A stretch of DNA of 52,178 nucleotides from a virus (Duplodnaviria; Caudoviricetes). Below the pieces are notes generated by a model. The model was not told the origin of the DNA. It saw only the letters and a list, made by a program, of their open reading frames with translations, and made no database searches. Location: the IMG/VR virus record IMGVR_UViG_3300034091_000652, positions 1 through 52,178 of that record; one strand, written 5' to 3'. Positions 1-8,548 of this stretch are shown here, piece by piece. The stretch's first letter is position 1, and each line of letters opens with the position of its first letter. The position numbers and the translations under genes are program-made.

Positions 1-141
1 ATGAAAAACTATCAGGAAGAAGTGCAAAAGATCAAGATTCTTTTCGGCAGCGGATTATTTCTGCTTGCACTCCCTTTTATCTTGATGCTGATGATCGCAT
101 GCCTTTACATCCTTTGGATCATACTGACGTCGATGTTTTAA
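1..141 (+). CDS. Small single-TM membrane protein (46 aa)
   Basis: Manual translation MKNYQEEVQKIKILFGSGLFLLALPFILMLMIACLYILWIILTSMF*; long hydrophobic stretch. Confidence 0.55.
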   Translation: MKNYQEEVQKIKILFGSGLFLLALPFILMLMIACLYILWIILTSMF

Positions 142-181
142 TTTTAACAAAATCTTGGTACCTGAGTTGGTACCTCAGAAT

Positions 182-222
182 AAAAAAGGGGGCTACGATA
201 ATTCGCGGCCCCTTTTCTTTTT
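182..222. terminator. Bidirectional intrinsic terminator
   Basis: AAAAAAGGGGGC...GGCCCCTTTTCTTTTT hairpin with A and T tracts on either side; downstream of the tRNA 3' fragment on the minus strand. Confidence 0.65.
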
Positions 223-319
223 ACCCCAATCAAATCACTTGATTTTTGATCTTGGTACCTATCTTGGTACCTCAGAAATTTACAGCCACTTAGAAATTGA
301 TCTAAGTCCCTGTTTTAAT

Positions 320-364
320 TGGTCGGGGCGACTGGATTCGAACCAGCGACCACTAGACCCCCAG
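320..364 (-). tRNA. 3' half of tRNA-Pro(GGG), partial; phage att core
   Basis: Minus strand reads CTGGGGGTCTAGTGGTCGCTGGTTCGAATCCAGTCGCCCCGACCA (anticodon loop, T arm, acceptor 3' strand, CCA); upstream sequence cannot form the 5' half. Confidence 0.88.
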
Positions 365-590
365 TTCTGTGCAAACGCCCTTTTTGCCCTATTTTAGCAT
401 TTGTAACATATTGTATTTACTAACAAATTTATAGTTCATTCTTTTGGAATGTGCAATAATTCAATAAAATTGAATGCTTATGCATATCTCAACATAATCA
501 GGGTGATACACAATGTTATGTCGTTTTAAAAAAGGATAAAGAATCTTACTCTTGGTACCAAAAGTGGTACCAGCATTCATTTTAAATGAA

Positions 591-629
591 TAAAAAACGC
601 CCCCTCTGACCTAAGCAGAGAGGGCGTTT
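591..629 (-). terminator. Intrinsic terminator of the late operon
   Basis: AAACGCCCCCTCTG-loop-CAGAGAGGGCGTTT hairpin followed by a U tract on the minus strand, downstream of the last late gene. Confidence 0.7.
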
Positions 630-684
630 CCAGGTCGACGGGGAGAAGGAGTGTTCCCGTTACGATGGCCGACCTTATCAATTT

Positions 685-1263
685 TTATTGAGATTGAATT
701 CGTGAAATGTAGATATCGATGTCGTGATCCTCAGCATCGATGATATCTTTCCCCCCTGGGAGCACAATCGGATCGCAAAGGTGTTTCCACATAAGGGGAT
801 CCGGGACCATCGGGACGGGATCATCATTATTTGCTACTCTTGTATGATCCATGGACGGCAAGTTTCCATTGAGACGTGAATATACTCTGGGGCAACCAAA
901 TGTGATCACTGGGACGTTGATTTGTTCGCCGTAAAGAACGGCTAGCGCGCCTCCAAGAGAATGCCCTGTTATCACCCAGGGCCCAGGTCTCCCTTTAAGG
1001 TTGGTGCATATTGGATCCCATAATTTCTCGGCCGCCCGGATAAAGCCTTCATGGGCCAAATAGCCACCTTTTGAAACTCCCGGGACGAGAGTAAAATCAT
1101 CGAGCCATCCTCGAATGTTGGCAGTCCCCCGGAAAATAAGGTAAGTTGTCGTACCAAGGACAACAACTCCATATCTTAATTCGTCCACGTTGACGAACCG
1201 CGTGTCTGCATCGACATAGGAAGCGCGACATAGTTGAGCAGCTAAGATGATGTCTGGGTTCAT
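685..1263 (-). CDS. Lipase class 3 family alpha/beta hydrolase
   Basis: IFRGT, HEGF, GHSLGG nucleophile elbow, TFGCPR, DDPVP and a C-terminal His (DHD). Confidence 0.9.
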   Translation of the reverse strand: MNPDIILAAQLCRASYVDADTRFVNVDELRYGVVVLGTTTYLIFRGTANIRGWLDDFTLVPGVSKGGYLAHEGFIRAAEKLWDPICTNLKGRPGPWVITGHSLGGALAVLYGEQINVPVITFGCPRVYSRLNGNLPSMDHTRVANNDDPVPMVPDPLMWKHLCDPIVLPGGKDIIDAEDHDIDIYISRIQSQ

Positions 1264-1445
1264 TTGCCTTGCACCTGTTGAGGATTTGTGACCGTTCCTC
1301 CCTGAATAGGCACATTGCCTTGCAAAGAAGGATCGGTTGTTATTGTCTTATCCTCAACGGGTGTATTGCCATCACCGCAAACATAGGTATAAACGCAACC
1401 GTTAAGTGCAAAGCAAATCGCCATAAGAATTAATTGCCTTTTCAT
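1260..1445 (-). CDS. Small lipoprotein (possibly o-spanin-like)
   Basis: GAGG RBS; MKRQLILMAICFALNG-C lipobox; located in the lysis cassette. Confidence 0.65.
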   Translation of the reverse strand: MKRQLILMAICFALNGCVYTYVCGDGNTPVEDKTITTDPSLQGNVPIQGGTVTNPQQVQGK

Positions 1446-1461
1446 TTTCACCTCATTAAGA

Positions 1462-1866
1462 CTATGATTGAGGACCGGTCCCCGCCGCGCCTTCGACGGC
1501 TGTTGATGGTTGTGGAGCAAGTGACCCCAGGATCTGGAGGGCCGAGGCGGTTGCGAGAGAAATGTAATCCTGCGAATGAAGCGATTGGCCGTCCGCCGCC
1601 TTTTGCTCATACGCCTGAGCAAAGAGTGTCCCCGCGCTCTCTAGGCCAGAAAGCAGATCTGTCAAAAGGACAGAATGGGTAGAGCCATCCGAAGGAGGGA
1701 TGAGCGCATTGAGAACCGCTGGCGCGGCGGCTGCTCCGATCCCGATATAATCAGTTTGCTTGAGCGTCTGGCCGGTCGCTTTCTTTGTAAGATATGCCTG
1801 GGCCAATGACGCTCCAGCGCTTTCAAGCCCTCCCAAAAGACCCGATACATTGATGCTGAGGCTCAT
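1462..1866 (-). CDS. Hypothetical protein with an internal two-fold repeat
   Basis: AGGAG RBS before MSLSINV; LLxGLESAGxxxAQAYxxKxAxGQxLxxxDYI occurs twice. Confidence 0.65.
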   Translation of the reverse strand: MSLSINVSGLLGGLESAGASLAQAYLTKKATGQTLKQTDYIGIGAAAAPAVLNALIPPSDGSTHSVLLTDLLSGLESAGTLFAQAYEQKAADGQSLHSQDYISLATASALQILGSLAPQPSTAVEGAAGTGPQS

Positions 1867-1904
1867 AATTTGTTCTCCTTTTTGCCCGGTTCCAGCCGGG
1901 CTGC

Positions 1905-2174
1905 TTAGTTTGGGGGATCTTCCCCTTGAGTTTTTTCTGACGTAGTGATAGTTGCCGATGGATTTGCCAATGATCCGGAGGCGTTCGTTATGACGGTTGC
2001 AAGTTCCTTGGGGTCGGTGAGCAAAAGCAAGATGCTCCAAAGAATTGCGAACATCGCTTTCAATTCCGTTGGAAGAATAGCACCACACTGAAGGGCGATC
2101 CAAAGGTCCAGGAATAGAAAAACCATTCCTATCGCCAATATCAATTGGAACTTTTGATAAGCATTGAGTTTCAT
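1905..2174 (-). CDS. Putative holin (2 TM segments)
   Basis: 89 aa with two hydrophobic helices and a polar tail; near the endolysin. Confidence 0.55.
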   Translation of the reverse strand: MKLNAYQKFQLILAIGMVFLFLDLWIALQCGAILPTELKAMFAILWSILLLLTDPKELATVITNASGSLANPSATITTSEKTQGEDPPN

Positions 2175-2692
2175 CTATCAATCCTCCTTTCTGCCTGGTC
2201 GATCGATTCTCCTTCTTGGGGAACGGGGTCTTCATTCTTTTTTGCCAAGGCCTGGATGATCCACATTGGGAAAACAAGATCGTGGATCCCAGTAGCATTA
2301 TTGGCTTCCTTGTTAACTCCAGTGTGATGACGCTGGCCGAGCACCATCTGGTTTCGGATATCATCTACAGAGGTCAAGGGGATGTTTTTCATCAGCCGGC
2401 CGTAGCCGTAGACATCAAATGTCTCGAGAAAAGTCTTCAGCTTGGCATAATCGACAAAGCCCTGGAGACTCCACTCGCACCCCACATGGTGGACCTGCAG
2501 CTTTACCTCTTCACCATCAGGGTATTTGTCACCATCCATGAGTCCGGTCACCCAGCAGACATAGTGGCCATCTTCCTTAAGCCTCTCAATGGAGCGTTCG
2601 AATTCTGGGCTTGCTTTTCGATCGGCGTGTTCCGGAGTAATGACAATATCTTTAAGATTGATGACTTCAGTATGCTCGGCGATCTTTTCCAA
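2171..2692 (-). CDS. Hypothetical protein, possibly a degenerate HNH-like fold
   Basis: CWVTG...LQVHH...NQMVLGQRHH...GIH resembles HNH motif spacing. Confidence 0.55.
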   Translation of the reverse strand: MEKIAEHTEVINLKDIVITPEHADRKASPEFERSIERLKEDGHYVCWVTGLMDGDKYPDGEEVKLQVHHVGCEWSLQGFVDYAKLKTFLETFDVYGYGRLMKNIPLTSVDDIRNQMVLGQRHHTGVNKEANNATGIHDLVFPMWIIQALAKKNEDPVPQEGESIDQAERRIDR

Positions 2693-2704
2693 TTCATCCC
2701 TCCC

Positions 2705-3313
2705 TTAAACGGTTTCCATAATCGCCTTTATCTTGTCCGCGCTGACTCCATCCCGATGGAGCCAGGAACAAAGGAACTGTTTCTGATCCGGATGCGCTTT
2801 CACATCTGCCAGCCGATAAGCGACAGCATTGTCCATTGCCTTATCGAGAAGAGCAGATGCATCCGCGGCATTGATAGCCGCGACGGTCTTTGGTCCCATG
2901 GCACCGTCGCAGATTACGCCGGCAGCCGCCTGCATCCATTGAATGCCTCGAGCTCCACCATTCACCGCATGATTGAAAAGCCACGTTGCAACTGTCTGGT
3001 TGTTGATGCCTCCAAGGAGATTCTTATCCCAGAAATTAGCTTTGAAGAAGTCTAGGACAAACCCCTGGAGCATGCGATTGGCCGCGAGTTGTCTGTTGAG
3101 TTCTTTAACCCAGTTCTGATACGATCCAGTGTCATATTGTGGTTGGGCCGTCATCCCTTTTTTAACCTGGTCGACGATCCTCCATCCCTGCCAGGCACCC
3201 CAGAACTTACGTGCTATGCCTTTGTAGGTTTCTCCCCCAGCATCTGCTGGGTTATTTGCATAGCCACCTTCATCCCCCATTGTCTCTTGAAACGCTGCGT
3301 TGAATTCAGCCAT
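2705..3313 (-). CDS. Endolysin, glycoside hydrolase family 108 with peptidoglycan-binding segment
   Basis: EGGYANNPADAGGETYKGI motif; DGAMGPKTVAAIN PG-binding-like motif. Confidence 0.9.
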   Translation of the reverse strand: MAEFNAAFQETMGDEGGYANNPADAGGETYKGIARKFWGAWQGWRIVDQVKKGMTAQPQYDTGSYQNWVKELNRQLAANRMLQGFVLDFFKANFWDKNLLGGINNQTVATWLFNHAVNGGARGIQWMQAAAGVICDGAMGPKTVAAINAADASALLDKAMDNAVAYRLADVKAHPDQKQFLCSWLHRDGVSADKIKAIMETV

Positions 3314-3563
3314 CTCTTTTTTCTCCTTTTAAGTTCTGTTCCCATTCCCACCCAGACCATCCTTCTTTTAAGCCCGCTTTTATCCGTTTCATTGTCTCTG
3401 AAACGGACAGTCCTTGCTGCAATGGCCTTGTTTGTTCCTCGCGAGGCAAAGATCCCAATTGCAGGCCAACCCTTGTTGCTGCGCAATTTCTATTTTCCGG
3501 TTTCGCGCAATCAAGGGGTTTTCTCCCACAGGTTTTACACGCTTCTTGTTGGCCATTGATCAT
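3306..3563 (-). CDS. Hypothetical protein (CxxC-containing)
   Basis: ORF overlaps both neighbours by a few bases. Confidence 0.5.
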   Translation of the reverse strand: MINGQQEACKTCGRKPLDCAKPENRNCAATRVGLQLGSLPREEQTRPLQQGLSVSETMKRIKAGLKEGWSGWEWEQNLKGEKRDG

Positions 3564-3790
3564 GATTTGATAAGTTCTGCGATGATGAGGTCCAACTTCT
3601 TATTCATTTCAGTAATCTGCATTGCAGTGGCATTCGAGCAAGTCTGATGAGTGTCTTTATACATGACAATGTTCTTTAGATCGGCAATGTCAGCATCGGA
3701 CCGATCCAAACGCTGCTTAAATCCGAACCATGTTAGAATCGCTGCCAGGATCCCACTGCCCGTGCCTGTTCCTATGCTCTGATAATCCAT
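3560..3790 (-). CDS. Single-TM plus coiled-coil protein (holin/anti-holin-like)
   Basis: N-terminal TM segment, heptad-rich C terminus; first gene of the lysis cassette. Confidence 0.55.
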   Translation of the reverse strand: MDYQSIGTGTGSGILAAILTWFGFKQRLDRSDADIADLKNIVMYKDTHQTCSNATAMQITEMNKKLDLIIAELIKS

Positions 3791-3846
3791 AGGTGATTCC
3801 TTTCACAAGTCATCTTTCGTTTTGCTCAATCACTTTGTTGGATTAT

Positions 3847-5400
3847 TCATTCTTTAGGAGTGAATATACTCGCAAAATTAGAGCCTAGCAAGTCATTTGT
3901 TTTCATGAATTCGAAATATTCCTCAATAACTGATGACACATCGATCGCTTCAAGCGGCCTTGTGTGGATATCTGTGCATCCCTTCTTGTGTAAGTTGAAA
4001 TTGTCTTCATGGTCAATGGTCCCACTTTGCTTATGGCCTGCGATCTCTGGAGGATCACTCCAATTGAATGAATAAGCGGGGATCCCCTTTGGATCTTCCA
4101 GAATTTTGCCAGCGTTCCGGCATGCATCCATCCATTGAAGGTGCTCTCCCCCTCCGAGGTGTTCCTGGAATCCCAATTCCCTGATCTTTACAACTCTGGA
4201 AATGACGGAGGCCTCCATGGAGTTCTTCGCATATTTGATAACCCCTCCCGATTTCCACATACTATATTCGGGTTTCCACGCCCATAGATCTGCACCATTG
4301 ATGCCGTCGAAGCATTGCTTATTGTTCCATGGGAGGAAGATATCATCGTCATCCCAACAAATGTAATATTCACCGGTGGCCTGGGCCAGGGAGTCTCTCC
4401 GGATCGCCCCCACATTTGTATAATCTTTTCCTGTAATATAATCTGAGTTGTTATTGATTACTTTTATATCATAACCTTGGAGAGACTCCCCGAGGATCAC
4501 TGGATGCTCGATGTCCGTGTTGTAAATGATGAGCTCGGAATTGTAATGTGTTTGCTGAAGCCATAAGGAGATCGATCGTTCAACACAATGCATGCGCCTG
4601 AAGGTGATCATAACGCAGCTGATCTTGCCGGAGATCGGCGCAGGATAGCTATTAAAATGAAGGTTGATCGGACCATGGTTCAGCCCCAATTCATCAAATC
4701 CAATTTTATAATTATGGACTCGATCCTCTACTGTTGGGTTGTAGGGAATGCGCCCGGGTGTGGTGAATTTATGGAGCCATTTCAACCAGGGAGCGCACCA
4801 GGTCTTTTTACCTGCTTTGCGATATTTTTCATGAATATATCCCTCTTCCCCACCGAATCCCTTGAAGTCAGGATGGAACCCTAGCCAGGAATCCTTGCGA
4901 CAAGCCCAGAACCCCATTCCATGCATGGGGATTTCATAGAGGTCTCCTCCATCCTGGCAGCCGGCGCCGCGCCATGTTCCCCACATATGGCCACGCCACT
5001 GAGGTTCCATGGCATCTGCCATATTATGAAGGTCATCATAAAGCATGGGACCTTGAATCAGATCTTTGATATAAGGATGAGCATCGGACCACTCCCTGAA
5101 GCGCTTGATTACTCCGGGGGGAAACATAACATGAGAATCCATACAGATTACCCATTCACCCTGGGCCTCTTCAAAAACCTTCTGCCGAGGAGCTGCAGTT
5201 CCCTGCTTATCTGTATATCGGATATATCGAGCGTGAGGGTGACACCATCCCTCAATGAAATTTTTGAGATTATCATCACCGAAATTGTCAATTACTAAGA
5301 TTTCAGCATCTGTCAGATCCTGGTACAATCTCAATGCTTGGACCGTAAACCAAACCTGATCAAAGTTATTGTAGCTTGCCATGCCTATTGTGAGTTTCAT
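3847..5400 (-). CDS. Glycosyltransferase with two tandem GT-A (GT2-like) domains
   Basis: Domain 1: LTIGMASYN...ILVIDN...CMDSH...FGGEE; domain 2: ISCVMITFRR...LIIYN...YICWDDDD. Confidence 0.88.
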   Translation of the reverse strand: MKLTIGMASYNNFDQVWFTVQALRLYQDLTDAEILVIDNFGDDNLKNFIEGWCHPHARYIRYTDKQGTAAPRQKVFEEAQGEWVICMDSHVMFPPGVIKRFREWSDAHPYIKDLIQGPMLYDDLHNMADAMEPQWRGHMWGTWRGAGCQDGGDLYEIPMHGMGFWACRKDSWLGFHPDFKGFGGEEGYIHEKYRKAGKKTWCAPWLKWLHKFTTPGRIPYNPTVEDRVHNYKIGFDELGLNHGPINLHFNSYPAPISGKISCVMITFRRMHCVERSISLWLQQTHYNSELIIYNTDIEHPVILGESLQGYDIKVINNNSDYITGKDYTNVGAIRRDSLAQATGEYYICWDDDDIFLPWNNKQCFDGINGADLWAWKPEYSMWKSGGVIKYAKNSMEASVISRVVKIRELGFQEHLGGGEHLQWMDACRNAGKILEDPKGIPAYSFNWSDPPEIAGHKQSGTIDHEDNFNLHKKGCTDIHTRPLEAIDVSSVIEEYFEFMKTNDLLGSNFASIFTPKE

Positions 5401-5437
5401 TCTCCCTCCAAAATTAATCTAACTTTACTCTTACATA

Positions 5438-8400
5438 CTAATAATAGTAAAAATTGGAATAAGAGGCACTTCTGAATACCCCCGCAGGTAAATTACCTGA
5501 TTGTAAGTCGAACCCTACATTCCCAGTTCCTGATAAACTTGCAGTATGAGTAAAAGAACCAGCTAATGTACCATCTATATATAAACTGGCTGTGCTTGCT
5601 CCAGTAAGTAATATTTGGTATGTTTGAGTATTCCCCGCAGTTTGAGTAATAATGTGACCCGATGAATGTGTTCCGGAACCATTCCAAGAACTCCAAATTA
5701 TATTATTTGTTGATGAATCATTTGGGTTAAATGCGATCTGAAGTAAATTTGTGCCCGACCAATTGCCGATGTATCCAATGGTTATAGTAGGTGCATATGA
5801 ACTATCGTAAAGCACCGAATCAGTAATAGTTACCAAAATATAATGACCGGAACCTATGGCATAAGTAGAGGCCGATTTAATCTGCTTGTAAGCATTAGAC
5901 CCATTTAATGATGCTATGTAGAGATACTCTGCATTGTTCTCAATAGTCCATGAAGAGCCGCTATAAAAATTACTAGAACTTCCTGTTACTGTCCAATTAC
6001 TAGAATTGACAGCTGACCCATTTGCCCCTGCAAATGAATCATAAAGTAGAGGAGGAACAGCAGTTGTCGTCGTTGTCGTGGTCGGGACCGGGGTGGTGGT
6101 CGAGGAAGTGGTCGTTGTTGTTGTCGTGGTTGTAGGCGCCAAGGTCGTCGTTGTCGTGGTCGGGACCGGGGTGGTGGTCGAGGAAGTGGTCGTTGTTGTT
6201 GTCGTGGTTGTAGGCGCCAAGGTCGTCGTTGTCGTGGTCGGGACCGGGGTGGTGGTCGTAGGGATCAAAGTAGTGGTTGAAGATGTTGTTGAAGAGCTTG
6301 TTGTGGTCGTCGTTGGAGCAAGACTGGTAGACGTTGAAGAGGTAGAAGTCGAAGGTGCTGAAGTTGTGCTCATTGTGGCAGTCAATAGGCTAAATACGCC
6401 GAGGCTTGTGTTGATCTGAATCGGGCCAGCTATGCTCGTCATGGAAAATCCGAACGCTCCATTTTTGGTGTTAATACGAAACGCGCCCGCATAATTTGCC
6501 GAACACTGGACCTGAGTCCCGTCTATATCAAAGGCGAGCGCTGAATTTGTGGGAGCAAGTGTGCTTGTGGAAGTAAGAGTAGTGGAAGTGCTGGTAGTTG
6601 TTGACCCTGTGCCGGTAGTGGTCGAACCTGCTGAAGTTGTTGTTGATCCAGCACCGGAGGTAGATGTGGATGAAGTTGTTGTTGTGGTCGTAGAACCTGA
6701 GATCGTGGTTGTCGTAGTTGTGTTGGTTGCAACATTCCCAAACGTGAGATTCCCAGTTGTTTCATCCCAATTAATCGTATTCCCATTTGGATAGGTAAGC
6801 TGAGTAGAGAAGCCGTTAGCCCATCCGTTGGTTATAGACCTGACTGGCATTTGCCCAGCTGTGATTGAATTCCATTGCTGGAATAAAGATACAACTGTGG
6901 ACATAACATCCGTATATTGCGTTTGGGCGTATGCGGTGGCGCTTGTCCCACCATAATTATATAAATCACCATAATTATTGAACATGTATTGACATAAAGA
7001 AATGAAGGGGACGCCCACTCCTAAACTCATATTGGTATGGGCTAAAATATTGGCTGCAGAAGTATTTGTATACCAAAAATCTCCGCCCCACATATCACAT
7101 TGTATTTGTTTGTTTGGTGAATGCACAAGAGCAATTTTATTCTTGGTCTTTATATATGTCTGCCAGCCGGATGGAAGTCCGAGAACATCATTTGTCCTTA
7201 CGACATCGACAAGACATGATAGATACGCCTGATGACTTTCAATCAAGAAATTGGGATTTAGAGATTTTATTTCATCCCTGAACAATTTTACCCAGGCAAA
7301 CATAGTAGCCTGGTCTTGATAAACCTGATCTATCTTTGCATACTGAAAACCATAATTATAAATTGCTTGGGCAATGCCTTGAATTTGAGCTTGTCCAGCT
7401 GTAGTCCACGGGCTTATGCCATGATATGCTGAAACCCAGCAACCTGCGATATAGCCTTGAGCTTTGATCCATGCGGCTATATTTTCTCCAGTCCCAAGGT
7501 AATTCACAAATTGTGTGGCCATTGTGAAATCACTATCTGAAGTGAATACATCTTGAGGATTATTTACCCACCCGGCATCTACCTGCAGAATTGAAAATGG
7601 ATAACCGTTACTTGTTACGTCGGCATACCCCCCGGCAACATCTCCAGTATCATATGCCCAAGTTGATCGGAGCCCGGGAAGATAAGGTAATCCAAAAAGT
7701 GCTGGTTCGCTAGAGTTAAACCCGATATTTCTTTGGAGCCACTTATTGTATTCAAGGCAACCCTGCCAAGAAGGAATTGAGGTAAAAACAAAACCTCCTT
7801 GCTTATGCCCAATAGCGCTCCACGTACGATCTGATTTAAACCAGTTCTTAAAGGTGTCATCCATCAAGCAAAAAGAATCAGTAGTTGTATCATAATTCGT
7901 GCTTGTTGGATCAATATAGGGACCTACGCCTATGGCTGCATTACTATAATAATAAGAGCCTGTAAACCAGCACATGGAAGCAATCCACATGGTAGTCCAT
8001 GCAGTAGTATTGTTATACCATGTACTTGGCGGTGCAGGCCAACCTGTAGGAACGGTTGTCTCGCCAAAATCCTGGTTTGTCGTAAACCACTGAGTTTGAG
8101 CCGGAATAGATGAATCATGCATCCTTTCGCAGAATATATGATCAAATGTGAATACGGTTGTCCCAAAACTAGTCGGGTGAATTGAATAAAGAGGGCATCC
8201 AGCGTAAAAACGCAGTGCTACTGTTACCGCAACAGGAGTATCAGTATCGACTACCTTATAAGAAAGGCTTAATGCTAATTCTAAATAAGTTCCATAGTTG
8301 TCTGTGCCAGTATTCTGGGTGTATGAATTGAAAGCCGTCACTGACATAATATTGGTATCTGTAGAATCTCTACCGCTGGCAAATCCACTTTTGTTAAACC

Positions 8401-8539
8401 AACTATCGCCAGCAACAGTCAAAACAGGGAGCGAAGCATTGCCCGACACTGGCAAATTCATATTGGTCTTGCTCAAGGTAACAGTATCTGACCAACCATT
8501 TATGGTAATCGTACTTGAAGTTTCAGTAATTGATAGCAT
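5438..8539 (-). CDS. Tail-associated glycoside hydrolase (GH36/27/31-like TIM barrel), Thr-rich stalk and C-terminal beta-sandwich/lectin-like domain
   Basis: STWAY, ILQVDAGW, AGCWVS and GFQYAKID match clan GH-D barrel motifs; long poly-Thr region; C-terminal domain shared with 8549-9847. Confidence 0.7.
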   Translation of the reverse strand: MLSITETSSTITINGWSDTVTLSKTNMNLPVSGNASLPVLTVAGDSWFNKSGFASGRDSTDTNIMSVTAFNSYTQNTGTDNYGTYLELALSLSYKVVDTDTPVAVTVALRFYAGCPLYSIHPTSFGTTVFTFDHIFCERMHDSSIPAQTQWFTTNQDFGETTVPTGWPAPPSTWYNNTTAWTTMWIASMCWFTGSYYYSNAAIGVGPYIDPTSTNYDTTTDSFCLMDDTFKNWFKSDRTWSAIGHKQGGFVFTSIPSWQGCLEYNKWLQRNIGFNSSEPALFGLPYLPGLRSTWAYDTGDVAGGYADVTSNGYPFSILQVDAGWVNNPQDVFTSDSDFTMATQFVNYLGTGENIAAWIKAQGYIAGCWVSAYHGISPWTTAGQAQIQGIAQAIYNYGFQYAKIDQVYQDQATMFAWVKLFRDEIKSLNPNFLIESHQAYLSCLVDVVRTNDVLGLPSGWQTYIKTKNKIALVHSPNKQIQCDMWGGDFWYTNTSAANILAHTNMSLGVGVPFISLCQYMFNNYGDLYNYGGTSATAYAQTQYTDVMSTVVSLFQQWNSITAGQMPVRSITNGWANGFSTQLTYPNGNTINWDETTGNLTFGNVATNTTTTTTISGSTTTTTTSSTSTSGAGSTTTSAGSTTTGTGSTTTSTSTTLTSTSTLAPTNSALAFDIDGTQVQCSANYAGAFRINTKNGAFGFSMTSIAGPIQINTSLGVFSLLTATMSTTSAPSTSTSSTSTSLAPTTTTTSSSTTSSTTTLIPTTTTPVPTTTTTTLAPTTTTTTTTTSSTTTPVPTTTTTTLAPTTTTTTTTTSSTTTPVPTTTTTTTAVPPLLYDSFAGANGSAVNSSNWTVTGSSSNFYSGSSWTIENNAEYLYIASLNGSNAYKQIKSASTYAIGSGHYILVTITDSVLYDSSYAPTITIGYIGNWSGTNLLQIAFNPNDSSTNNIIWSSWNGSGTHSSGHIITQTAGNTQTYQILLTGASTASLYIDGTLAGSFTHTASLSGTGNVGFDLQSGNLPAGVFRSASYSNFYYY
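6066..6258. repeat. 78-bp tandem repeat (~2.4 copies) encoding PVPTTTTTTLAPTTTTTTTTTSSTTT
   Basis: GTCGGGACCGGGGTGGTGGTCG recurs at 6081, 6159 and 6237. Confidence 0.9.
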
Positions 8540-8548
8540 TTAAATACC

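Larger units (their letters stand above)
155..571. repeat. Three tandem pairs of (T/G)TGGTACC, putative integrase arm-type binding sites
   Basis: Copies start at 155/167, 252/264 and 552/564; each pair is spaced exactly 12 bp; they lie on both sides of the tRNA-derived core. Confidence 0.75.

Noticed and set aside
155-397. 80-aa plus-strand ORF
   Set aside because: It spans the att repeats, terminator and antisense tRNA fragment, and is a typical spurious call
290-400. Full-length functional tRNA-Pro
   Set aside because: The 5' acceptor strand, D arm and 5' anticodon stem are missing; only 320-364 matches
155-571. CRISPR array from the GGTACC repeats (the 35095-35241 repeats were considered likewise)
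   Set aside because: Units are too short and irregularly spaced, there are no unique spacers of constant length, and no cas genes are present
1462-2364. 300-aa ORF as called in the track
   Set aside because: The upstream part overlaps two better-supported genes; the RBS supports a start at 1866
2216-3055. 279-aa plus-strand ORF (and similar ones such as 30609-31400)
   Set aside because: These are antisense to well-supported minus-strand genes and have no recognisable motifs
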